The translations under genes were made by a program, and so were the position numbers. Shown one piece after another: positions 7,490-14,810 of a DNA stretch of 14,810 nt. The DNA is taken from NCBI GenBank assembly GCA_963739305.1, contig CAVTZU010000029.1:1-14810 (forward strand), in the 5' to 3' direction. Source of the DNA: Candidatus Bathyarchaeota archaeon. GTDB lineage: Archaea; Thermoproteota; Bathyarchaeia; Bathyarchaeales; Bathycorpusculaceae. Position 1 is the stretch's first letter. Every line of letters starts with the position of its first letter. Under the pieces are notes generated by a model. It did no database searches. It saw only the letters and a program-made list of their open reading frames with translations, and was not told where the DNA came from.

Positions 7490-7813
7490 ATGAGTAAAAT
7501 CAACCTTGAATATAATCTGGACAAAGTACTGAAGTCGAAAGACAAATCGATCGTTCTCTTCTACGCTTCTTGGTGTCCCTTTTCTCAGAGGTTCTTGCCC
7601 GTGTTCAAAAAATACTCCCGAGCCAAGCCTGATAGTTGCTTGGAAGTCGTCACCGATGACAAAGCGAGTCTTTGTGAAAAATACAACGTGGACGTAGTCC
7701 CCACGGTGCTTATCTTCGAGAAAGGCAAAGTCACGAAGCGGTTGGACGGAGCGGCAGGCATCGGACTGACAGAGAAACAACTGCTCGATTTCGCCAAAAA
7801 ATCCGAACGTTAA
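7490..7813 (+). CDS. Thioredoxin-family protein (CxxS active site)
   Basis: VLFYASWCPFS, cis-Pro motif VVPTVLIFEKG; SD GAGGTGA. Confidence 0.88.
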   Translation: MSKINLEYNLDKVLKSKDKSIVLFYASWCPFSQRFLPVFKKYSRAKPDSCLEVVTDDKASLCEKYNVDVVPTVLIFEKGKVTKRLDGAAGIGLTEKQLLDFAKKSER

Positions 7814-7937
7814 ATCGCTGCATTTCAAGCAGACAGGACGAGCTTTCGTCAGCTGCTAGATCTGATCTAGGATCGGATCTTCAAAGTTATGGCGCCAATG
7901 GGACACGTTGAGACGCGGCACTAAAAGCTGATCGAGG

Positions 7938-8690
7938 TCACATTCTCAGCACTCCAGAAAGCACGTAGGTCAATGCGAATATCACCGCGAATCCAACCGC
8001 GCAGGCGCCAACCGTGAGTGCTGGAGGGTTCTTGGCGTGAGCTTCTGGCAAGAGGTCACTTGCCCCCAAATAAAGAAAGCCACCGGCAAAAAATGGCAGA
8101 AGGAGAACTATGTAGAACTGCTGAACCTGGATGAAGAGCGCCACAACGGCTCCAAAAACCGGCGCAACCGCATCCAAGAACAACATTCGCAAGGAATTTT
8201 TCAGGGAGTTTCCGGAATTCAACATCACGGTAACAGTGCTAAGCCCATCCGTGAAGTCGTGACATATCACTGCAATCGCTATGATGACTCCTACGTGGAT
8301 GTCGGCTTGGAAACCAAACCCGATGGCTAGACCGTCGATGAAACTATGGACCGAAAGCTCGGAGGTCGCAAAAAGGCCGCCTACGGGGTGCTTGACTTCA
8401 ACGTATTCGCCATCCTTGCTGAAAACATGAGCGCTGATTAGCCGAGAGATCACGTAGAGGAAAAGGAACCCGACGACTGTCAAGGCCATAACGTCTTCAA
8501 GAAGTACGTTCACTGCCGTGGCAAGCTTGAATGTCTCAGGCAGCAGATCCAACAGAGAAGTCGTGATCAATATCCCAGCTGCGAAGGCGCCCAGAACTCC
8601 AATGTTCTTCCTTCGTCTTGCTGCAAATGTCCCTCCGAGCAAAGTAGAAAAGCAAGTAACGACAGCCAGCAAGAGCGCGTAAAGGTTCAT
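7938..8690 (-). CDS. ZIP-family divalent metal transporter
   Basis: Multiple TM helices with HSFIDGLAIG, HDFTDG and FLYLGASDLLPEAH motifs. Start is ATG 8690 or GTG 8711. Confidence 0.9.
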   Translation of the reverse strand: MNLYALLLAVVTCFSTLLGGTFAARRRKNIGVLGAFAAGILITTSLLDLLPETFKLATAVNVLLEDVMALTVVGFLFLYVISRLISAHVFSKDGEYVEVKHPVGGLFATSELSVHSFIDGLAIGFGFQADIHVGVIIAIAVICHDFTDGLSTVTVMLNSGNSLKNSLRMLFLDAVAPVFGAVVALFIQVQQFYIVLLLPFFAGGFLYLGASDLLPEAHAKNPPALTVGACAVGFAVIFALTYVLSGVLRM

Positions 8691-8759
8691 ATCGCTATCC
8701 TTTCTTGACACAAGCTACTTAATCATTTTCGTAAAGGAGCCATATCTTGAATGTTGTCT

Positions 8760-9524
8760 TCATCTACTAGTCTTTTTCGCGCGCGCGGGAACTTTTCTTC
8801 CTGTCAACAGTTTCATCCTGGTTTCTCTGACGGCAATTCTGGGAAGCACGTCTTCATTTTCCTCCAGATATCTTTCGACCCTCTGCCTGCTGTGCTTGAT
8901 TAGATCCCTTAGCAGCCATGATATCGCCTTCGTACTCAGAATGTTTCGCTCGGACTTTAATCTGTCAATGTTCATGAGAGCCACGTCTGTCAGCCTTGAA
9001 TCTTCCGAGTCTCTCACTGGTTTGATAAGCAAAACCAGACTCGCGCGTCTCTTGTTAACGTTGCTATCCGAAGCAAGCTTGGTCAACAACCTCTTCCATT
9101 CTTTCCAGTTGCCCAAAACCTCAGTTGCAGTGAATTTCGATTGGCACAACGAATCAACTTCGGCCCACCCGTGCAATCTATTCAGCCAAACGTCAATGTA
9201 CTTCGGTTCAACATGCTTCCTTAGTTTGGGCATTGACTCAAGCAACTCGCCAGCCATCGAAATCTCGTTAATCGATTCTCCCTGATACAGAGAGCTTAAC
9301 AATTCAATGTACTGAGACATCGAAAGATCAGAATGCCTTTTTACCCATTCTTTTACGATTCTTTTCTCGGTATCTGCTCCGAGCACGTAGCATACCTTGT
9401 CAGTTCCAATATACCTCAAGAGCTTCTCTTTCTCATCCCGAGACATATCGCGCGCTTTTGCCTTCGCTTCGGACACGAGATCAAAGCGATATTTGTTCAA
9501 AACCTTTCGATTCAACTGTCCCAA
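8760..9524 (-). CDS. DNA alkylation repair protein (AlkD-like, HEAT-like repeats)
   Basis: GWAEVDSLC, SDSNVNKRRASLV, KAISWLLRDLIK, RIAVRETRMKL motifs. Exact start uncertain. Confidence 0.82.
   Translation of the reverse strand: MGQLNRKVLNKYRFDLVSEAKAKARDMSRDEKEKLLRYIGTDKVCYVLGADTEKRIVKEWVKRHSDLSMSQYIELLSSLYQGESINEISMAGELLESMPKLRKHVEPKYIDVWLNRLHGWAEVDSLCQSKFTATEVLGNWKEWKRLLTKLASDSNVNKRRASLVLLIKPVRDSEDSRLTDVALMNIDRLKSERNILSTKAISWLLRDLIKHSRQRVERYLEENEDVLPRIAVRETRMKLLTGRKVPARAKKTSR
8778..8787. repeat. (CG)5 run in the last codons of the AlkD-like gene
   Basis: TTTTT-CGCGCGCGCG-GGAA; encodes the PARAK tail. Confidence 0.9.
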
Positions 9525-9566
9525 TCCTGGTTCATAGCAACGTCTTCTTCAGGGGCAGGGGCTTGC

Positions 9567-9998
9567 TTATTCTTGCGGAGGCCTAGTGTAGACTTCGATA
9601 ACGTGGTTATCAGGATCACAGAAAGAAGCTGCATAGTATCCTGGCACGAATTCTGGATGCTCTTCAGGAGGGAACAAAGGTTCAAACCCATTTTGCTTCA
9701 TATTTTTAGCCACCGTGACCACGCTCTTCTTATCTGGAACAAAGATGGCTAAATGCTCTGTAACCACAAACTCCTCTCCAGTAGGAGCAGCACACTTGAC
9801 CCTCACATCTCTCTGCTCGCCTAGCCACACTTGAAAATTCTGATTCGAGAATCCGAGAACCCCTTTCGAGTCAACAATGACTCTGCAGCCGAGAGTTTTC
9901 AACAAGATCTCATAGAACCTTCTCGCCTTTCTGAGGTTTGTTACTTCGATTCCAACATGACCAATTGTGGCTCGTTCTTCTTTTTTCTCAGGCACCAT
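9567..9998 (-). CDS. VOC/glyoxalase family protein
   Basis: IGHVGIEVTNLRKARRFY, EHLAIFV, GYYAASFCDPDNHVIEV. Confidence 0.9.
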   Translation of the reverse strand: MVPEKKEERATIGHVGIEVTNLRKARRFYEILLKTLGCRVIVDSKGVLGFSNQNFQVWLGEQRDVRVKCAAPTGEEFVVTEHLAIFVPDKKSVVTVAKNMKQNGFEPLFPPEEHPEFVPGYYAASFCDPDNHVIEVYTRPPQE

Positions 9999-10068
9999 GC
10001 GTTACCACGTGAACTTTAAGGGATGCTTTGGTTTCATAAGCTTTGCCTACCGCTTGAGGGTAACTCCT

Positions 10069-10076
10069 GCGCGCGC
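10069..10076. repeat. (GC)4 run
   Basis: Intergenic, between the divergent VOC and MPG genes. Confidence 0.9.
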
Positions 10077-10180
10077 TTCTTAAGAGCACGTGACTGCTCC
10101 ATCATCATGACAGACCGCCTAACTATGCCGACAGCGGCTTGTCGCAGGGTTTATTTCGAATGGGTTCCCACTATCCATCC

Positions 10181-10786
10181 ATGATTCTGAAAAGAAGCTT
10201 CTACGAGCGAAACACTTTGACAGTGGCAAAGGATCTCCTTGGAAAACTCTTGGTCCATGAAACCCCGCTAGGTATGACTGCAGGCAAGATCGTTGAGACC
10301 GAAGCATACATGGGTCCCGAGGACAAAGCTTCACATGCCTTCGGAAATCTCCGTACGAAACGGACCGAAGCTCAATTCGGACCAAAAGGACACGCCTATA
10401 TCTATTTTGTCTATGGAATGCACTATTGTTTCAACGTTACCAGCGGAATAATCCCCGGGAAACCCGACGCAATCTTGGTGAGAGCACTTGAGCCAGTTTT
10501 GGGGGTGGACATAATGATTAAACGCAGGGATATCTCTGACCGAAATACGACTAACTTGACAAATGGACCCGGCAAGCTCTGCAAGGCAATGGGTATGTCA
10601 ACAAAACAGAATGGAGCCGACCTATGTGCTCCACCGCTTCACATCGACGGAGGCCAAAGGATACGAAAAATCGAGATCGTTCAAACAACGCGTATTCACG
10701 TGGATTATGCAGGTGAATGGAAATACGCACCTTGGAGATTTTTCGTAAAGAACAACCTGTACGTTTCGAGACCAACTGGAAAATAG
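10181..10786 (+). CDS. mpg: 3-methyladenine DNA glycosylase, AAG/MPG family
   Basis: VAKDLLGKLLV, IVETEAYMGPEDKASH, YIYFVYGMHYCFNV, ILVRALEP, NGPGKLC, PWRF. ATG 10181 lies about 25 nt after TTTATTT. Confidence 0.93.
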   Translation: MILKRSFYERNTLTVAKDLLGKLLVHETPLGMTAGKIVETEAYMGPEDKASHAFGNLRTKRTEAQFGPKGHAYIYFVYGMHYCFNVTSGIIPGKPDAILVRALEPVLGVDIMIKRRDISDRNTTNLTNGPGKLCKAMGMSTKQNGADLCAPPLHIDGGQRIRKIEIVQTTRIHVDYAGEWKYAPWRFFVKNNLYVSRPTGK

Positions 10787-10857
10787 GTCGCGCCCGTCAG
10801 AAATCGTGTGCGTTAGGTACAAATAGGAACACTGTCGCTTAGCATTCTGTGGAGAAT

Positions 10858-11208
10858 ATGTCAATCTGGAAAACAGACAAATGGAACTATAGAATAACCA
10901 GTAAGCGATCCATTCTGATCAGGAACAAGAGCATAGATCAACACAAAGTTGGTGCAGTGGATCTGACAACGAAGCTCCCTATCGTGTTCGAAGTCTCCAA
11001 GGATGTTTCAATGCAGGCAATCAAAGTAGGCAAAAAATATCTCGTGACGGTCAGAATCTACACCGCCAAATCGACGGAGAACGTGAGCGCAGACTATATT
11101 GAACTCTTTCAGGTGCTCGACGTGGATCAACCGGCAGAAAACTTTCTGTCAGCAACGTGCTGTTATCCAAACCTTATCCGATTTGAACTCGAGGACATAG
11201 AAACATAG
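10858..11208 (+). CDS. Hypothetical protein
   Basis: Open frame of about 116 aa filling the gap between mpg and tag; GGAG before ATG 10858; no family recognised. Confidence 0.65.
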   Translation: MSIWKTDKWNYRITSKRSILIRNKSIDQHKVGAVDLTTKLPIVFEVSKDVSMQAIKVGKKYLVTVRIYTAKSTENVSADYIELFQVLDVDQPAENFLSATCCYPNLIRFELEDIET

Positions 11209-11257
11209 TCAATAGTTTCCTGATAATTGAAGGAAATCAGGATTCTGCAGAACGAAA

Positions 11258-11869
11258 CTATCGGATCGTTTTGTTCTTGGCGCCGCTTTTGCTGGTCATT
11301 TTCCTTATCTGTTCATAGCGGAAGCAGTGAACTAAGTGATCATTCACTAAACCAGCACCTTGCATGAAGGCGTAGCAGATGGTTGGTCCTACGAACTTGA
11401 AGCCTCTTTCCTTCAATTTTTTGCTCATCACCCTGCTTTCTGAAGAGTCAGCTGGAAGATCTGCAAAGGTTTTAAGAGCATTGTCGATTGTTTTTCCTCG
11501 AACAAACTTCCAGACAAAGGCATCAAAAGAACCGAAATTATTCTGAATCTCCAGGAATTTGCGCGCGTTATTCACAGTCGCCTGTATTTTCGCCCTGTTA
11601 CGAATGACTTCAGGATTGTTCATAATACGGTTGATGTCTTTCTCGGTGTACTTCACTATCTTTTGCGGGTCGAAATCGCTGAATGCTTTCTTCATTGCTT
11701 TTCTTCTGTCAAGGATGAGTTTCCACGTTAACCCTGCCTGAAAACCTTCGAGTACTAATAACTCGAACAATCGCTTGTCATCATGAAGAGGAGTACCCCA
11801 TTCGTCGTCATGATAGGCGATGAAAAGCGGGTCAGTGGTTTTCCAGCACCTTACAAGATGCTTTTTCAT
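11258..11869 (-). CDS. tag: DNA-3-methyladenine glycosylase I
   Basis: RCW...YHDDEWG, LFELLVLEGFQAGLTW, IRNRAKI, LKERGFKFVGPTICYAFMQGAGLVNDHLVHC. Confidence 0.95.
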   Translation of the reverse strand: MKKHLVRCWKTTDPLFIAYHDDEWGTPLHDDKRLFELLVLEGFQAGLTWKLILDRRKAMKKAFSDFDPQKIVKYTEKDINRIMNNPEVIRNRAKIQATVNNARKFLEIQNNFGSFDAFVWKFVRGKTIDNALKTFADLPADSSESRVMSKKLKERGFKFVGPTICYAFMQGAGLVNDHLVHCFRYEQIRKMTSKSGAKNKTIR

Positions 11870-12063
11870 GACGAACAGTATCCTATGTCAACGTTCTTAA
11901 GTTTGTCCATAAAGTATTTTTCCCCGTTTAGACCTTACGAAAAACGTCACGTAAGATGGTGTGCCGTTTTGCGGAGGATCTCAATAAGGCGCGCAGACCG
12001 GTTTCTGCAGATTCTTCCTTTGTGGTCACCATTTCATGCGTGGCGATTATAGTTGGTCAAGGT

Positions 12064-12367
12064 CTAGAATGTTTGCAGTTTCAACTTGCTCAAATAGTGC
12101 TCTTTCAGCTTTGCTAGCTTCGGCGCGATGACCAGAGTGCAGTATGCTTGTTCTGGGTGCCGTTTGAAGTAGTCTTTGTGATAGTCTTCTGCAGGGTAAA
12201 ACACTCTCAACGGTTCAAGCTGCGTCACGATCGGTCTGTCCCACGCGTTTGCCTCACTCATCTCTTTGATCACTTGCACAGCTACCGCTTTCTGTTGATC
12301 ATCGCGGTAAAATATGACTGAACGGTACTGGGTTCCGACATCAGGACCCTGACGGTTCAACGTGGTT
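12064..12367 (-). pseudogene. msrA: Peptide methionine sulfoxide reductase MsrA, C-terminal fragment only
   Basis: TTLNRQGPDVGTQYRSVIFY, FYPAEDYHKDYF, YCTLVIAPK. The N-terminal part with GCFW is absent, and homology stops at the CG run. Confidence 0.9.
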
Positions 12368-12380
12368 CGCGCGCGCGCGC
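12368..12380. repeat. Alternating CG run (13 nt) at the msrA breakpoint
   Basis: CGCGCGCGCGCGC, the longest run in the window. Confidence 0.92.
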
Positions 12381-12419
12381 TACTATTGACCAGTCTGTTG
12401 GACAATGAGGATGAGATGA

Positions 12420-12971
12420 TTGGACCTGGATCAGGCTCTAAAGGGTCGCAGAAGCATACGAAGCTACGTTGAAAAGGGAGTGCCAATACAGCTCGTCAGA
12501 CAGGTCATTGAGGCTGGCACGTTTGCACCTTCAGCTAAGAACGGCCAGCAATGGCGGTTCACCGTAGTTGGTGGAAAAACAAAAGCAGATCTGACTGCAG
12601 TTTTCCGAGCTCAGTTGGAGAACGTCTCACAGAAAATTGGCAGAGAAAGCATGGGATCTTCTTTCTCTTCCTGTGTGATAATGGAACAAGCACCCATCGT
12701 CATAATGGTTTGGAACGCCGGAGAGAGAGGATGGGAAACCGAAACCCAGAGCGTCGCCGCCGCCATTCAAAACATGCTGCTCAAGGCACATTCTCTTGGG
12801 TTGGGAACTTTATGGATCGGCGACATCTTCTACGCGACTGAAACCCTCACACGTCACCTCAACAAACCTTGGAGGCTCGCGGCAGCCGTGGCCTTAGGAT
12901 GGCCAGCCTCGGCTCCAGAACCGCGTCCAAGGAAATCTGTTGATGAAGTCACCGAATTCTTCATCGACTAA
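12420..12971 (+). CDS. Nitroreductase family protein
   Basis: RRSIRSY, APSAKNGQQWRF, AAAIQNMLLKAHSLGLGTLWIG, VALGWP. Confidence 0.92.
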   Translation: MDLDQALKGRRSIRSYVEKGVPIQLVRQVIEAGTFAPSAKNGQQWRFTVVGGKTKADLTAVFRAQLENVSQKIGRESMGSSFSSCVIMEQAPIVIMVWNAGERGWETETQSVAAAIQNMLLKAHSLGLGTLWIGDIFYATETLTRHLNKPWRLAAAVALGWPASAPEPRPRKSVDEVTEFFID

Positions 12972-13167
12972 CAAGAAAAGCTTCAGAAAGCCTTGGCAGT
13001 ACAAAAAAAGAGGGTGAAGCGTCGTCATTTATTTATGAGTGGTGCTAAACCTTTTTATCTGAGAACGATATGTATTGGTCACGTCACAATAATTCATGTA
13101 ATTAACGAAGCTTCTGAAAGCTTTTAGAAATGCATGCACAATTTTTGTGGCAGGAGATACATAGTAT

Positions 13168-14358
13168 ATGCAAAATATGCAAAATAATACCTTCAAAGAC
13201 TTGTCACTAAGCAGTGAGGTCATGAAAGGTATCGAAGAGCTTGGATTCACAGATCTATTTCCAATTCAGGCTCAAGCGATAACGCCGTTGCTTCAAGGCA
13301 AGGACGTTATCGGTCAAGCACAAACAGGAACAGGCAAAACCGCCGCCTTCGGTATACCGATGATTGAGCGGGTAAACCCTGAGGTCAAAGAAATTCAAGG
13401 TTTGATCCTGGTTCCGACTCGAGAACTTGCAGTGCAAGTTGCTGATCACGTACGGCGACTCGCAAAGTACGCGGGAGTGAGGGTTCTGCCGGTTTACGGC
13501 GGAGAACCCATAGAAAGACAAATTCACGCCCTGAGAGGCTGCATTCAGATCATCGTCGGAACGCCAGGCCGAGTCATCGACCTGATTGAAAGGCGAATAC
13601 TTGATCTGGGGTTTGTGGGAGTTGTCGTTCTAGATGAAGCAGATCGCATGCTTGATATGGGCTTCATAGAAGACATCGAGTACATACTGCGAAAAGTGCC
13701 CAGAAATCGGCAGACCAGTCTTTTCTCAGCTACGATCGACGCGCAAGTGATGAGAATCTGCAATAGGTACATGAAGAATCCCGAAAAAATACTCGTAAGC
13801 AAGGATGAAATAGCCCTCACTCAGATGAACCAGTACTACATGGTGGTAAACCCGTACGAGAAGTTTGAAGTTCTCTGCAGCATACTGAACGAGAACCACA
13901 TAGAACGTGCTATAATATTCTGTAAAACCCGAACGGACACGGGCATTCTGGCTGAAAAGTTGAAAGACAAAGGCTATGATGCAAAACCGCTCCATGCTGG
14001 GCTAACTCAACCACAACGAGACTGCGTCACCGACCTGTTCAGAAGAGGAAGGCTGAAGTTCCTAATCGCGACTGACGTCGCTGCCAGAGGATTAGATATT
14101 CAAGGAATCACCCACATAATAAACTTCGACGTACCAATGGAGGCGTTGGTTTACTTCCACCGAATCGGAAGAACGGCCAGGATGGGCAGCGAAGGCACGG
14201 CTATAACCCTCGTCAGTTACGGTGAAATGTCGGATTTCAACAGCATAAAGGCTATGACCAAGACAAGAATCCAGGAAATGCAAGAACCAGAGTCGAGCGG
14301 TGAGGGAAGCCAAAGAAGCCCAGTGTCCTATATTGCTGCACCAAAACCTCGATGGTAA
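13168..14358 (+). CDS. DEAD-box RNA helicase
   Basis: Q motif, AQTGTGKT, PTRELA, TPGR, DEAD, SAT, ATDVAARGLD, HRIGRTAR. Confidence 0.96.
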   Translation: MQNMQNNTFKDLSLSSEVMKGIEELGFTDLFPIQAQAITPLLQGKDVIGQAQTGTGKTAAFGIPMIERVNPEVKEIQGLILVPTRELAVQVADHVRRLAKYAGVRVLPVYGGEPIERQIHALRGCIQIIVGTPGRVIDLIERRILDLGFVGVVVLDEADRMLDMGFIEDIEYILRKVPRNRQTSLFSATIDAQVMRICNRYMKNPEKILVSKDEIALTQMNQYYMVVNPYEKFEVLCSILNENHIERAIIFCKTRTDTGILAEKLKDKGYDAKPLHAGLTQPQRDCVTDLFRRGRLKFLIATDVAARGLDIQGITHIINFDVPMEALVYFHRIGRTARMGSEGTAITLVSYGEMSDFNSIKAMTKTRIQEMQEPESSGEGSQRSPVSYIAAPKPRW

Positions 14359-14449
14359 ACGAATAGACTTAAATTAGCCTTGATAAATATAAAAACCGTG
14401 CAAGAACAACCCACTTTTGCACTCAACAGAATAGGAGTTGAAGTAGTAA

Positions 14450-14587
14450 ATGTATAGAAAAGAGATGCACAAGGCAGTCTGTGCTGATTGCGGTAAGGAA
14501 TGTGAAGTTCCTTTCAAACCAGATGGTAGCAGACCAGTATACTGCCGAGAATGTTATTCTAAACGAAGTCCACCACGAAGATATTAA
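14450..14587 (+). CDS. CxxC-x17-CxxC zinc-ribbon protein (45 aa, not in the ORF track)
   Basis: MYRKEMHKAVCADCGKECEVPFKPDGSRPVYCRECYSKRSPPRRY*; AGGAG upstream; poly-T tract at about 14623-14636. Confidence 0.9.
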   Translation: MYRKEMHKAVCADCGKECEVPFKPDGSRPVYCRECYSKRSPPRRY

Positions 14588-14692
14588 GCTCACAAGCTAA
14601 CATCTTTACTTCGTTCCACCAACTTTTTCTTTTTTTACCACTATTAATAATAAGAAGAAATCACATTCTTCATTGAGGTTAAGACCAAGAAA

Positions 14693-14810
14693 TTGCCTAA
14701 AGATCCCGTTTGCGGCATAATTCTGGACAAAAAACATCCAAGTTCAAAATCACTTTCGATGGTGAAACGTATCATTTTTGCAGCGTCACCTGCAAGAAGA
14801 GGTTCAAGAG
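14693..14810 (+). CDS. YHS/TRASH-domain protein, partial, with an apparent frameshift in an A6 run
   Basis: TTG start; MPKDPVCGIILDKK / (frameshift at 14729-14734) TSKFKITFDGETYHFCSVTCKKRFK; runs off the window. Confidence 0.75.
   Translation, partial: MPKDPVCGIILDKKHPSSKSLSMVKRIIFAASPARRGSR

Noticed and set aside
9042-11567. Short CG runs inside coding sequence (9042-47, 9449-55, 11561-67)
   Set aside because: Explained by Ala/Arg codons in intact frames; not counted as junctions.
12368-12486. N-terminal 40 aa of track ORF 12064..12486
   Set aside because: Not MsrA-like; it is read-through across the CG run into the antisense of the nitroreductase.
12972-13167. AT-rich region upstream of the DEAD-box helicase as an ncRNA or small ORF
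   Set aside because: No convincing structure; consistent with a promoter and 5' UTR.
2135-14313. Numerous short ORFs antisense to or nested in identified genes (e.g. 2135..2395, 8896..9285, 9333..9752, 13545..13820)
   Set aside because: They overlap well-supported genes on the other strand or frame and have no motifs.

Overview
Archaeal accessory region, most likely from Ca. Bathyarchaeia (inferred from GGTGA-type ribosome-binding sites, a tRNA without encoded CCA, poly-T terminators and the integrase C-terminal tail). The left end is an integration locus. It holds a frameshifted tyrosine integrase (minus strand, running off the window), a tRNA-Arg(CCT) whose D-loop is interrupted by a 57-bp insert bounded by a 7-bp direct repeat, and a second integrase C-terminal remnant. 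The rest is a patchwork of mostly single, independently oriented stress and repair genes: secreted Ig-like protein, LEA-like protein, HerA-like ATPase, DUF1508, iron-sulfur flavoprotein, Fpg/Nei-like, thioredoxin, ZIP transporter, AlkD-like, VOC, AAG/MPG, Tag, truncated msrA, nitroreductase, DEAD-box helicase, CxxC-x17-CxxC and YHS proteins. The most striking unexplained signal is a set of strongly over-represented alternating (CG)n runs at gene boundaries, which coincide with points where genes are cut (msrA clearly, an amidohydrolase-like N-terminus probably). This suggests a (CG)n-delimited gene-cassette or recombination system next to the tRNA-integrase locus.
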